Shown: positions 42,398-55,616, counted from the stretch's first letter. The stretch: DNA of 64,000 bases from Peribolospora baueri (GCA_029717555.1 JAMDHS010000002.1:186001-250000); one strand, 5' to 3'. The notes: generated from the letters alone by a model not told the origin. Program-made: numbers and translations.

Positions 42398-44545
42398 TCA
42401 ATTCTTGGACTTGACGGCGAAGAAGATGATGATAACCAAGACTGTAACGGTGCGAGGAGACGAAAGGAGACCGGATCTGAGCATTTCCGCCTCGCCAACG
42501 CGCCGGCCGCCTCGAAAAGGCGAGCAAACGGCCAGATAGCTATGCCTGTCGGGACCGTACGGAACGACGACTCACTGATGATAGCGATGATGAGGATGAC
42601 GAGGCAGATCCAGCGCTTCTTTCGCGCAGCCATGGCGGACGTCTTGGCCTTGTCGAGCTCTTCGAGGCTGTCGAAGCGGGGTGAGCGCATCATAGGGGCC
42701 AAGTCAGCGTGAGTGCGGGGTGGACACCGACTGATTCGGCAGCGCAAGGTAGACAAGCGACGGAGGAGCGAGGACAAGACCGCCGCTCACCCTTTCTCCA
42801 CATCGCGGTTCACCTCTTCGGCCTTGGTCTCGATGACCTCGAGAGCCTCGTCTTGTTGCTCGACGAGCTGAAAACGACACGGTGAAAAAACCCGTCAGCA
42901 CCCATCGCGTTGCACAACGACAAACCCTCGACGGGAACGATGACGACGATAATTGCACACGGAACACACTCACGATGGACATCTGGTTGTAGGAAGGGAG
43001 GGAGGTCACGACGAGTAACGCATCGGCCAGTTAACGATCCGAACCCACTCAGCCGCCGGCTCATCCTACCACGGGGAACCTGTGTCGCCGGCTCGTACGC
43101 ACCTCGTTAAAGAGCTGCGCGAGCTCGGTGATGGTCCTCTCGATCTTCTTGATGTCCTCGTGCCTCTCCTGCACCTCCTTCAGTGCTGCCTTCGCCTCCC
43201 CCTGCCTGTTCGAGTTCAACAGCGCCTGCGAGAACACCTGCGTGCTCCCAGAATCGTCCTCCAGCGCCGCCCTGATCTCCTGCTGCGTCGCGTCCGGCTT
43301 GACGATCTTGTACTGGCGTTCCATGCGCTGTCTGTACTTGGCCCGGTACTGCTGCTCGGTGCGCTGGTAGGCCTGGATCGTCTCCATGAACGTGCGCTTC
43401 ACTGTCTCCACCTGGAGGGTGACGTGTGTCAAGGAAGAGCGGAAACATGGCCGAAGAGCCGGTTCGTAAATCAGGGATGGGATATGGGACGCGGCGAGAG
43501 CTTGCCGTCAAGAGAGAATTGGACGGGGAAGCGTGCCGCTTACCTGCGTCTTCCGGATACGGAGGTCTCCACACGCCTTCATCCTCGCGTTCTCCACCTC
43601 GAGATGCTTGATCTTGCTCTTAAGAGCGCCGGTCAAGCTCCTCGTCTCCTCCGCGATTCCCTCCAGCTCGGCGACGGCTTGTTGCGCTTGCGCGTCGTCG
43701 ATGCTGGACAGGCTGCGCTGGTGGAGGTCCGAGATGCGGTCCACGTTGTCTTTCATCGCTCGGATGGCGTCTTGGATATCGCTGATCTGAATCGCGTCAA
43801 AACGAAATCCGAGTCAACGTAAACCCGTGAGTCGCAAGTCAGACAGAAATCAAGCGGTCGTGCTCGTGATGGAGGAAGCTGCATCTGGTCCCTCCTCTCC
43901 ACGCAACCGATCCTCACCTCGCCAAAGAATTGCTGCAGATCACCGCCGATACCACCGTTAGCAGGAGCAGGAGCAGCGACTGCTGCCGTGACGGCCGGAG
44001 TCCGAGATGGAATGGGGGGACTAAAAGGGCTCGTGACCCTTTCGTTCTCTCCTCCACGTTCCGACGCTTCTCCTCCATCGACACCATTGGGACCTTCATC
44101 GTCCTGCTGGGCGTACGGGTTCGGCCTCCTTGCGTGGGCGGGGAGAGCAGCGGCCGGAGACGAGTAGTCGCTGAGGGAGCGGAGACGAGAATGGAAGGCA
44201 AGGGAGGGGACGCACGTGAGCCAGTGGTTCGGGACAGGGGACAGGAGAGCTGCGCAGCTAGGTTTCTCTCACTTGTTCAGCGGTGGGTTTGATTCCTGAC
44301 TGCCGTAGCCACCGGCCTGGGCCTGCTGAGCCTGAGGAAAGAATGAGCCGAAAGACGGGTTCGGTTCAGCGGTCTGCGCTCGAGTAGATTGAGTCTCTGA
44401 CCGTGAGCGCATCCTTCCGTCCCAGCTCGTTTTTTAACACCTTTCTGCCGCCCTTCCCCTGTCTCTCATCGTCGCCGCAGGCCGACTCCCACTGCCAGCG
44501 AACCCGATCGCTCACCCTCAAAGCTGCGAGACGGTCGCGCGCCAT
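42398..44545 (-). CDS. SSO: Plasma-membrane syntaxin (Sso-type Qa-SNARE), paralog B
   Basis: MARDRLAALR; NPYAQQDD; RQYKIVKPDAT; EVQERHEDIKKIERTITELAQLFNE|MSI|LVEQQDE; ARKKRWIC followed by a TM tail ending KSKN*. Confidence 0.93.
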
Positions 44546-47500
44546 AGCGACAAGGGTCGTTGAAAGAGCGGTGCGAGGAGCGAAGGGGTAAACCGAAAAG
44601 ACGTAGCGAGGTGCGCGGCGTCGACAGACAAGAAGAGAGAAACTTAAGCTGAGAGAGCGAGACTGGAAACGTGGGATGGATGCGCCGAGCCTGCGGAGCG
44701 CTTAATCAACGAAAGAAAGATGTGGTGTCGGGAGAAGACGAAAAGAGGTAGACGAAGAAAAGGGTCCTGCCCGTCGTATGTAAGTATTAGAAATTAGAAG
44801 TGGTAGGTGAAGGGAAGGGGCGGGGAGGGAGGAGGGTTCGACCGGCGAACGGGGAGGAGGGAGGGGTGGTTCGATTAAGGATGGTGAGAAGAGAAGAGGC
44901 GTTGGCCGTTTCTACCGTTGCTGGGCGGTCGGGCGTTAAGACTGACTGCGGAATCGTCACGCGGATAGATGCGGTCGCTCAGGGACGAGACGTCTGAAGC
45001 GAGCTCTACTTTGAAAATAAGGACGGCTCAGCGGCGCACCAAAGGAATAGTGTCGACTTGGACTGCATAGAGTTCATTTTGCTTCGCTGGAGGTAGCAGG
45101 CGATCCAGACGGCGCGATCAAGGGCGAAGCGACAAGGCAAGGGCCCGCCCGGTTGAAGCGGTTCTCGGACGGAGGACAGGCGGCGCACCCTTTTGGGCTG
45201 TCGACGACGCGGACCGGCTTCGGACAACGACATGGCCAACGTCGGGTCCAAGAAGCCACCGAACGCAGACCAGTCGACAGTGACGATCTAGGGCGGCGTC
45301 CATTCCTCCTCGTATAAAGTTTTTCTGTCTTGCTCCATTTTCACGTCTTACGTCTCTCATTGCCTACCACCCAGGTACCTCCTCATCGCGAATTGTGGGT
45401 CATGTGCGCGCGCAAAGGAGCCCGTGCGTTCAGACCTCTCCAGTTGCCCTCCCACCTAGCACCCTTCCATATAGTACGTGCATCCTGCGCCAAGCCCCTT
45501 CAAACAAATGTACGGCCTGAGCATGTACCTGGACGTCAAAGCAGTCGACTCGTGTTCGGATGGGACGGACGTACTGGGCCGAATCCTCCGGCAAATGGAG
45601 CGGACGGAGATTAGATGCTGCAGTGTCGAAATGTGAGTGGAGGACGTAATATCGAGCCTCCATCATGTCTTTGCGAGTACGTGTTGCCGACTGCCTTGCT
45701 TCTCTTCTTAACTCAAGGCGGTCAAACGTCCCCTTCTCTATCAGCCAGGCAACGCGAGTGTCTCAAACGCGTGCGCGCGCGGGTTGGCGTGGTAGACGAG
45801 ACCGACGTCGTTTGCTTCATGGCTGACCCTTCGACGTGGGCAGAGCACGTCCCTCCCGTCGGGTGCAGGGGAGGTTGCGTGGTCGCCACTCGTTCGTCGG
45901 GCAGCTGCAAGAACAGCGCCTGGATGGCGAGATCTGATGTTTTTCTTTCTCCTTCCCCTGCCATAGCCCAAGACCTTAGGTCATACCTGTCTCACGTACG
46001 GGGCACCACACGCCGCATGTAGCTACTTTAAGTGGTAGCAGAGCTGGTAGGGCGCCGACACCAGCTCGAGTCCAGCAGTGCAGTGCGCTTCTCGTCTTTT
46101 AAAAGCACGCCCTCGAGGCAGGGCAGCGCTACCGCCAGCGTCCGGAAGCCAGTCATACGTAATGTCGATTGCCTTGAACTGGATCCATACCGGTCCTTTC
46201 CCTTTCATCCATTGCTCGACGTGGCACGGACACGAGGAGCAACTGCCCCCGCCTCGCCGCTCTACTCGTGGTCGGCGCTGTGGGGCGTGCCGCCTCAAAC
46301 GACGATGTGGCGGCGACGATCAGCTGCCCGTCGGGAAACGCCCTCGTCCTGGTTGAGGAGGTCCCTTCTCCAGCGCGGCGACGAGACGCCAGCAAGGAAA
46401 GCGCATGCGCGCGACGTAGCCGCCTTTCCCTTTCATTGCGCTCGCGTCCTCGCCCCTCCCTCCACTCGCTCGACCCGGCGACGTACGGCGGTAACAGCAG
46501 CACCATCGAGGTTGTGCGACCCGTGGGAATAAGGACAAGCTTACTCCACGTTTGTCTGTCCCTTCCGTGGCAAGACGCGACCCGAACGGAACCACCGGGG
46601 CTGGGTACTACGCGACCGACTGGGACTTTGACCGTCCAGTCCAACGGTGACATCGTGTGGTCGTTCGCGCACGATGATCCCCGAGTCAATAGAAGCTGGA
46701 GACGTGCGGCGTCGACTCCTTTACTACCGCCACCCTGGACTTTTTCCCGGCAGATGTGTCATCCATCATCCACGTAGGACGTCGGAAACGCCTCGATGAC
46801 GGAAACGCGTCGGCGGCGGCGGGTGACCGTCAGCGACGCGAGCGGACGACCGAGACCAAGCAAGCCGGCCTCGATCTCAGGCGTATGTATCAGGATCGTA
46901 TCGCTGGCTCTCTCGCTCTCCATGCTCTGCGCGGTGACCGTGCTGTCGGCGATGTCGCGGAGGACAGGCGAAGAGGCGTCCGTGCGTCCGTCGATACGAT
47001 TCCACACGGTCTATATTATCTCCTATCCCATCCATTGTCTGCGCCATGTCCCACGTCCCACATCCCACACGTCCCACGTCGCACGTCTCATTATAAGACG
47101 GCGACCTCAAGGTGATTTTTATTATATTTATAAGGTGAGATGGCCGGAGACGACGGGTGAACGGATGGCTGATCGCCGGGCGGCTCGCCGGCGGTGCGGT
47201 GACGTAGCGAGAACATCTACTACGTCTCTGTGCAAGCCCGTCCGTTCCGTCCGTCAGCCAGTCGGACACGGCGAACGCGCTGAGAGAGGCGCGGCAAAAG
47301 CTCGTATAGCGTCCATCGCGACGGAGTGGAGCCGCGAGAACGGAAGAAGGGAAAACGGGGCGTGCTCGCATGCGAGAACACGTTCCACCGTGCGAGCCAA
47401 CCTCAGGCGAGGAGTGGGGAGGAGCCGAGGGAGTGCAACTGCACGCCTCCGGTGCCGGGGCGGTACGGCGCTCGGAAAGCCGTGCACGGATCCTTCCTCG

Positions 47501-48258
47501 TCCCCCTCCTTGCCGGCATCGTTGAGGCCGCCAGACGTCGCACACAGCCTGGATGGATATGGATGGATGGTCGGATGGATGGAGGTTGGTTGGCTGGTGG
47601 CCCGGCTGGACAATGGCTTGGCTGGCTCGCCGATCCGTTCCCGCGACGCGCTGTCGGGTGCACGCAACTGTGAGATCGTCACGGATTGGAGTGTCTATCC
47701 CCGCGGACACGGACAGGCAAGCCGGGCTTGGAGGGAGATGGACGGACAATGGAGGGACGGTACGAGGTTGCGTCCGTCGACCCCGGCGCCAACAGTGTGG
47801 TGCTCTGCTCGTCCACATACGCATGCGGGTCATGTACGTCGAGAACGCACTTAAGTATCAGTTGCAGGGTTGCAGCGCTCGACGACAGCATCTAGATCCA
47901 TGCTTGACCCCGATAGGCACTCGCCGACCTACTGTAGCCGGGCGCAGTAGATCGCCTCGCCTCGTCTGGACCCGCGCTTCTGGCTCGCACAGGTTCCTCT
48001 TCCACCACCATCGGCGACGGTACCGGCAGGCCAAAGCCACCAGCGGCAGCACCTGCCCGAGGGATAATACTTCGGCCGCCCCAGACGTGCCGCGCTGTCG
48101 CCCACGTCTGCCCGCCTCAACCCGGCCCCGTCTCCGTCTGGCTCGGTTCGGGGTTGCGTGATCTCTTACCTATGCGTCCGTCGTCCCGTATCCTCCCTTC
48201 CCTTCCCACCCGCCCCGCAACCTCATCCTCGTCGTCCGTTGGGCCCTGCATGGAGCCG

Positions 48259-48266
48259 TATAAATA
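48259..48266 (+). promoter_or_regulatory. TATA box
   Basis: TATAAATA about 110 nt upstream of caccATG at 48369, followed by a C/T-rich leader. Confidence 0.7.
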
Positions 48267-48368
48267 GCCAACCACCCCATCCGTCCCCGTCCCCCGTCTG
48301 CTCGCCCACATTCACATTCTCATCGCTCCCTCTCCCGTACAACCACCACCCACGTCACTCTAAACACC

Positions 48369-49354
48369 ATGGACAGCTTCATCAACAAGGCTAAGGAGTT
48401 CGCCAACTCCGACCAGGGCAAGAACATGTGAGTCCTCGCTCCCTGTCCTGCCCCACCTACACCTCTTTCCTCCCGCGAACCCTTCCTGCGACGACGGGGT
48501 TGTTCAGCCGATGTCACCCTCGACGAGCCGGATGACGGAACTGATCGACCTCTCCTCGCTGTCGATCGATCACGTGCCGCCGCATTCGACTCGCGTAGGA
48601 TCAACCAGGCTGAAGGCGTGAGTATGCGGTCTGCTCTCCTTTCCACCCCGTCGGTCCCTCTCCTGCCGTCCTCATGTTCCCCTGCTTACCCTCCTTCCCT
48701 TTCTCCCTACTCGCCCCGTAGCGCTTTGGTCTCGGCGGCGGCAACAACTCTGGCAACCAGGGCGGTTTCGGCGGCAACGACAGCTGTGGGTACCCTGACC
48801 ATCCTTATGTCCTCGCAAACAGCCACTGACGATCATACTGTGCTCCACCTATGAAATCGACAGCCTCCGGCAACCAGGGTGGCTTCAACGACAACAACAA
48901 CAACTCCAGCTTTGGCGGCTTCGGCGGCAACAGCGACTCCTACGGCTCCGGCCGCAACCAGGGCAGTGACTCCTACTCCAGCGGCAACAACAACAACTCC
49001 AGCTCTGGCGGCTTCGGCGGCAACAGCGACTCCTACGGCTCTGGCCGCAACCAGGGTGGTGACTCCTACTCCAGCGGCAACACCGACTCCTACGGCTCTG
49101 GCCGCAACCAGGGCGGCAACCAGGGCGGTTTCGGCGGCAACAACAACGACTCCTACGGCTCTGACCGCAACCAGGGCGGCAACCAGGGCGGTTTCGGCGG
49201 CAACAACAACAACGACTCCTACGGCTCTGACCGCAACCAGGGCGGCAACCAGGGCGGTTTCGGCGGCAACAACAACAACGACTCCTACGGCTCTGACCGC
49301 AACCAGGGCGGCAACCAGGGCGGTTACGGCGGCAACGACAACCAGAACTTCTAA
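48369..49354 (+). CDS. Gly/Asn/Ser/Gln-rich repeat protein of about 210 aa (hydrophilin/prion-like)
   Basis: Exons 48369-48427, 48599-48617, 48722-48785 and 48864-49354 give MDSFINKAKEFANSDQGKNMINQAEGRFGLGG followed by DSYGS(G/D)RNQGG repeats; strong GGC/AAC/TCC codon bias. Confidence 0.8.
49085..49340 (+). repeat. Coding tandem repeat of about 63-66 nt (DSYGSDRNQGGNQGGFGGNNN), about 4 copies
   Basis: Near-identical gactcctacggctctgaccgcaaccagggcggcaaccagggcggtttcggcggcaacaac units. Confidence 0.9.
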
Positions 49355-50038
49355 GCGCGTTCCTTCTTCTTCGAGGTCACGGTCGACGAGCGGCCCGTGG
49401 CCGTCCTTCGAAAGCATGGCTTTCTTCTCTCGTGTCGGCGCTTCCCGATCGCACTTGTCGTCTCGTCTCCTTTCCTCCCTCCCCTAGCCTCCTTTGGTTT
49501 GTCTTGTTGTAACTTTCAGCGTTGTTGAGGAATGGATACGAAATAAGGAACGAACGAACGAACGAGCGAGCGAGCTTTTTTGCTTGCATTTGTGTGTGTG
49601 GCCGTTGGAAGGGAACTAACTGGACGGTAACGGAGCGTCGTGGTCGTCTGCTTCGCTTCGCTCTCTCCGCGCGCGTCCGCTACCCACGTGCTTTCCGGTG
49701 GGAGGTGGTCATAATTAGACAGATGAATAGATAGGGAGATAGAAAGATGATCAAGAACTGGGTCACATTAGCTTGGCCATTGTGCACGGGCTTTCTTTAT
49801 AATACAGTCAGCCCGATGGAGATAACCTACTCCGTAGCCGGTCGTATCCGTATGTGCGGGAGGAGACCGAAGAAAGGGAATCAAGAGAAAGTGGAGAGAT
49901 CGCGACGCAAGGGAAGAGCGAGGTGCGCGATGGAGAGACGAGAACGAAAGTGAAGATGGCGTGCGAAGAAGAAAGAGGAAGCGAGGGCGGATGACCGCAT
50001 GGCGGCGCGCTGGGACGGGTCCTTGGGCTATTCAGCGT

Positions 50039-50764
50039 TCAATCCCACTGCGGTGATGATGCGAGAGGTGGAAAGACCGGAGAAGGGTGGCCGTCGTCAG
50101 CTCGGGCAGATCGCATATGGACGGTCCGTCCCTGGTGCACGGACCCTCTACCCCCATCCTGCCGGCCAGGATACGGGCACGCAGCTTCTCTATCCCGTCT
50201 CCCTCTCCCACGTCCGCACCCTCTCCGAACTGCGAACAGCACAGGACAAAAAGCTCACCACAACTCTCTCGGGAACCTCCGCATCGCCGCCCGCCGCCGT
50301 CGTACCTCCCTTTGCTGTCTCTGCCTCAAGCTGTCGGGAAAGCTTGCCCGCGTGCGGGTTTGTCGACGTCGTACCTCGCACCTTGGCCTTGGCGCGGACC
50401 GGAGGGAAGGGGTCGGCGGTGGAAGAGAAAAAACAGTCAGACTGGCGGTCGCCACGAAAGACGAGCGAGAAGAAGAAGAGGATATGCGACGGGCCAGTCA
50501 GAGGTGTGCCTGGCCGTTCACAGAAGGACTCACCGCCTTCATCCTCTCCTCTGCGGCCTTTGCCCTCGCCTCCCTCGCGTCGTCCCCGCCCGCCATCCTC
50601 CCGACGCCACCCCCGGCACGGCCAGACAAGCTTCCTCCGCCTTGGACTTGGCTTTGGCCGCCTCGAGAGGGGCCTCGGCTGCCCGCGGCGATGGGCTGTC
50701 GCTCATCGGCAGAGCCGAGCGTGCGTCCGCCTCGGTGTGCGTTTCTGGAGCAGAGGCTGCCCAT
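50039..50764 (-). CDS. Small putatively N-acylated protein (SVIP-like)
   Basis: MGSLCS (myristoylation/palmitoylation-type N-terminus); GRTLG; AREARAKAAEERMKA|AKVRG...AGKLSRQL...PERVV|WD*; the last coding exon is only TGGGATTGA. Confidence 0.65.
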
Positions 50765-51587
50765 GGGGAGGATCGAGTTCGAGTCGATTCGAGCCGAGTT
50801 CGGAACGAATGATCGAGGTACGTATAGGTCCTGTGGGGGCTTGCCAGATGATGGACCCCGCTTGTGGAACCTGATCTGATCGGACCGAGAGGGCGGAGTG
50901 GCGGGGGCGTCGGCTGCTCGTCTTGTCTACGATACGGACTGCCTACCTGATCACGGTGGGGTAGACTAGGCGCGCGGTGCGTGGCAGAGGGGATGGGGGC
51001 GTTATGAACTATGTCTGCGAACAGACGCTGCGTCGTTCAGCGACCTGGACGTCTGGAGAGACAGCGGCGACCAACCTTGGGACGTGCTAAGTATATCCAT
51101 CCATCGTACGGCGACTGCGGCCGCCAACGTGTGAGGTCATGGCCATGGACGTCCACAGCGGCCAGCACGACCAGCAATGGCTCAGCCGAGCGTCGTCAGT
51201 CGGTTGTCGGTCCTCCCCTCCCGTTGACATGGCGGAGAGAAGAAAGTCCGTAATGAAGAGAAATGGACCTATCGTTCTCATTGTTATCGTCTCCTCTCGG
51301 AGCTGCTTCGTTTGGCCCACCAGGCCCGATCGAAAGGTATCGGACTCGTACCCCGCCCGGGACGTGGTCCGCAGTCGGCGCGAACGTCATAAGATCGAAG
51401 CGGAACTGATATCAAGACAGGCGAGCAAGCAAGTCCAGGAGGAGCATCCCGCCGGCGTCAACACCAAGCAAGGCATCGCCATCGCCATCGCCATCGCCAC
51501 CGCCATCCGCTTCCTTCCCTCCGCCGCTCTCTCGCCACCTATCCAACCTCACGACTCCCACCTCTGCCGTTTCGACCCCGAACTGAA

Positions 51588-54500
51588 ATGCCGACCGACG
51601 AGGAGGCCGCCGAGAGGCCCCTCCTCTACGACCAGAGCCAGGCGGCCATCTTGCAGTTGCTCGTGGAGAAGACGCCCACCTACCCCATCATCCACCTCAT
51701 CAACAAGGACGTCAAGACCACCATCGGTACGCCTCTTGATCTCGCTCGGGCCGCGGTGCCCATTAGCAAGCTGGCTGCTTGACGGACTCGCTCACCGCTT
51801 CTTCCTCGGCCGTGCTCACCCATCGTTGCTTTGGTTTACTCGAACAGACACCGCCCTGACCTGGGAGCAGCTCAACGCTCCGGACATCAACTTCTCCATA
51901 GTGAGCTCGTCTTCGCTGTCCTCCGCGACCGGTCAGATCCCTTGCGAGCTCAGCGCCCGATCGCATTCCTCCTCGCCCTCTTCCCCACTTTTCCTCTCAA
52001 GGTCCGACCTCTGGCACACAAGTACGGAAAGCCGCGCAACATTGCTATTTTGTACTGCTTGCTCCTCAACAGGATCAAATTCATCAGGGAGAGGTGAGTG
52101 AGTTCAGGCCGCCTGGCCCGGCCATGACAGCGCATCGTCTGCGCGCCTTCGCCCACTCCTCCACTTGTGCCTGTTCGTCTCGTCTCCCTCTCATACCGCC
52201 TCCCTTTCTCTTCTTCTTCCCAGCGAGGCCGATCTTGCATTCCAATCCGTCAACCAGACCCGAGCAGCTCTCTGCGAACTCTTGGCCATCAAGCTCCTCC
52301 GTCTCTTCTCCGACGACGATTCCGGCCTCCTCCTCGTCACCGCCGTCACCGCTTCCTTTTCACCTTTCGCCGGCGCGCCCGAGGAGGTGCGTGAAGAGCT
52401 GGAAAGACAGGATAAGGAGGGCATGCTCGATGAGATGCACAGTGCACTCGAGGTGAGTCGGTGATCCAGGACATGTGGCAAGCGCGTGGCGAGATCGTGA
52501 GTTGACTTCTCTCGCCTCCTCCGCTGTTGCTATACCCTTCCCAGCTCGCTATCGTCTCAACAGCGAAAAAGTTTGTCAAATCTCCATTATGCCAGAAGGT
52601 GGTCGATGGCAGTGAGTCTCCGCCCTGCTCGCGTTCCCTGGCGCGCGCCTGGTCTTGCTTTCCCGACCGAGACGGACGATTGAATGCGTGCGCGCTTTGC
52701 ACTCCATTCCAGTCTGGACCGGAAGGGTGGTTTACAGCCAGGTTTCGATGCACGCCGTACTCGCGGATAATTACAAGAAGCGGCCACTTTCCATTTACGA
52801 GCCCGACAAGGTGCGACGTTCTGAAGGTTGCGCGTGCGAAGCGGACCCCCCGCCTTCGTCTCATTGCCCGTGTCGTTCTATGCCGAATCCTATCCCCTTT
52901 ACAGGCGCCCCTGCTGGATCACTACCGCCTTCGCGTCCCCTCGATAAGAAACAAGCTCGAGTTCTGCAACTTCATTATTCTCCTCTCCCTCTTCGTATGG
53001 GCCCTTTCCTATTCCGACTTGGGAGGACACGAGAACGTGGGCGGCTTCAACACGGCCGAGATGGTTTTTATCGTGTGGTTGCTTGGGTTTGCGTTGGATG
53101 AGTTCGGTGCGTTCATGGGTCACAAGGGGTTGCGTGGGCGGCTTGCGGCCCGCTTCGTCGGGTCGAAAGACATGACATCTTGCTCACCGCACCACCTTCT
53201 CCGTGCCGTCGGTCCGCAGCGTCGACCCAGCAACACGGCCTTCGGCTCTATGTCAACAACATCTGTGTGTCCTTCCCTCTCCCCTCGCAAGGCCGCCGGT
53301 CTGCAATTCTTACACCCCCTTGATTTTCCCATCTTGCTCGCTCCACACGCACAGGGAACGTTTTCGACACCCTCTTTATTCTCATCTCCTTCTGCTACAT
53401 CGGCTTCCGCATCTCCGGCATCCGCCACGCCGATCCCGAACTCACTGCCACGGCGTTCGATATCCTCGCCTCGGGCGCTGTGTTGTTGTGCCCTAGAGTC
53501 GCGTCGGTATTTGTTCAAGTGAGAAACGCAGTCTTTGCTCCTTTTATTGTCGCGGCGGGGTCCAAAGGAGAGGGAAACAGCAGATACTGACAACTGGATG
53601 GACTCGCACCCTGGATGGCCGCGTCGTCACGTAGGACAACGTCGTCCTTCTAAGCCTGCGCGCCATGCTCCGTGATTTCATCTTCTTCATGTGCTTGGCG
53701 GCCATCTGCTTCAGCGGATTCCTTTTCGCTTTTGTAACCCTCTCTGGGGACGAGTGGAGCGTCAAGGGGATCGTTTGGATGATGTGAGTGACGGGCCTTG
53801 TTTTAGAAGAGCTGCCATTTTGCAAAGGCGCACAATTCCGCTTCGAAACTCACCCCTCTGGCATCCTTTCTGTTCGACTGGTTCTCAGGTTAAGGTACGC
53901 ATTGCATGTGTATGTCATTGTAACCGGCTGTCGTCCGCTTACCTTTGCTCTTCTGGTGCCGGCCGCTTTGTACACAGAGTGTGGCTAGGAAACAAGTGAA
54001 TATTTCAGTCTGCTTACTACAGCTCAAGCGCCACGGTGAAGTCTAATGTTCGCCCTGTTACCTCACTACCCGTCTCTGCAGCTTTCTGGGCCTTGAGACC
54101 GCAAAAACGTTCCACCCTGTTTTCGGTGAGCCGCACCGCCGTTATCTATCTGGCGACGGACACATCATTGCTGATCTCTTCGGTCTTTCGATGGCCGTCA
54201 ATTTTCTTCCTCAGGGCCACTCCTCATGGTGAGCAATGGCGATCGGCCTCGGCGTCCCCACTGCTTCAGGCGAGCTGACCTTCCCCATTCCCTCTATTTC
54301 CCAGGTGATCTTTGCCATCGTGGCCAAGTAAGTCTCCTCACGATAATTCAGAGGGTATCTAGTTCTTGACGCTCATCTTCTCGTCTCGGAACATCGTCTG
54401 GCAGCACCCTACTCCTGACCGTGCTCATCTCCCTCCTGAGCAACACTTTCGCTGCATTCGCCGCCAACGGTACCGAAGAAGCTCTCTTCTCCCATGCCGC

Positions 54501-55616
54501 CAAGACGGTGAGCGATCGTGGTATCGTTTGTGCCCACATTCCACAGCGGGTTTGGTCGGGACTTATGTTTGGCTCCCTTCGCTGCGTGCTTCAGGTGGAG
54601 ATGATTTCGTCGGACTCGCTCTTCGCGTATCAGCCGCCTCTGAACCTCCTCGCCGTTGTCATCATCCTCCCCGCGTCCTACGTGCTCAGCCCACGGTGAG
54701 ATGTCGCAGAGTCTCTCGATTGCACTCTGTTCCGAGCTGGGACTAACCCACTATCACTCTCCGATGGGAGCGCAGGTGGCTACACAAGATTAACGTCCTT
54801 CTCATTCGCGTGACGTCCTTCCCCATCCTCCTGATCATCGGTATCATAGATCGGTACCGGTGGCGCCAAAGACTGGCCGACGGCTCCAAGAAAACCTTGA
54901 ACGCATGGGGATGGACTCCATTCCGCGGCATATTCGACGGGTTCAAAGGAGTAGCCCACTCGGATATGCTCGACCGCGTCTTCCAGGGCATGGAAGGTGC
55001 CTTCGAGCGCTCGGAATGGGACGCCTTCGGCACGGGCAAGTCGACGCCCATGCCGACGGAGACCGTCGGCGTCGCGGGCAGGAGGGACGCCTGGGGCGGC
55101 AGCGCATTTACTCCGAGACGATCCCAGTCGACTCCTTCGTACGGTACCGTCGACGTCCGCCACGACGACGACGCTCACACTTTGCACCAAGATTCGCACC
55201 CATCCACTCCGATCGTCGGCAGTCCGATCTCGAACCGCGACGGCGGCGACCCTACGACGGCGGGCCATTTGCCCTCGTTGCAGTCTCCACTGGCCAAACT
55301 GTTCGGCAGACCCGGTCGCGGGCCCAGGGGGGGCATCGCCGGGAGTCTGATCGGCGCCGGTCTGAGCGCGGCTCATCTCGCAGGCGCCAGTTCGTCGAGC
55401 CGCCAACCGGAGGAAGAGGCGGCGGACGGCCATGGCGGCCAGGCACTCACGTCAAACGATGCAGAGACGCTGGCCGAGCTCAAGGAGACGGTAGACAGGC
55501 TCAAGGACGAAGACTTCATGGGCCGGTTCGGGGAGATGGAAGAGCGTCAGAGGCGAATCGAAGAGCTCTTACATACCATCACTCAGAACCTCACGCCGCG
55601 GGTGGAGGGCAAGTGA
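51588..55616 (+). CDS. Yvc1-like TRP/non-selective cation channel
   Basis: DTALTWEQLNAPDINFSIVRPL; LCELLAIKLL; SALELAI; LLDHYRLRVP; FHPVFGPLLMVIFAIVANTLLLTVLISLLSNTFA; YQPPLNLLA; coiled-coil C-terminus. Many short exons. Confidence 0.82.

Noticed and set aside
46796..47854. Overlapping long ORFs on both strands (352 aa and 318 aa) in the intergenic region
   Set aside because: No recognisable motifs, Arg/Ser/Ala-rich composition typical of GC-rich non-coding DNA, and no convincing splice structure. A non-coding transcript cannot be excluded.
40640..49340. Regular repeats (Sso A N-terminus and G/N protein) as possible CRISPR-like arrays
   Set aside because: They are in-frame coding tandem repeats without unique spacers, in a eukaryotic context.
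48833..49487. Thr/Ala-rich and Val/Ala-rich ORFs in other frames and on the opposite strand of the repeat gene
   Set aside because: Shadow frames of the GGC/AAC repeat; only the G/N frame connects to an ATG through canonical introns.
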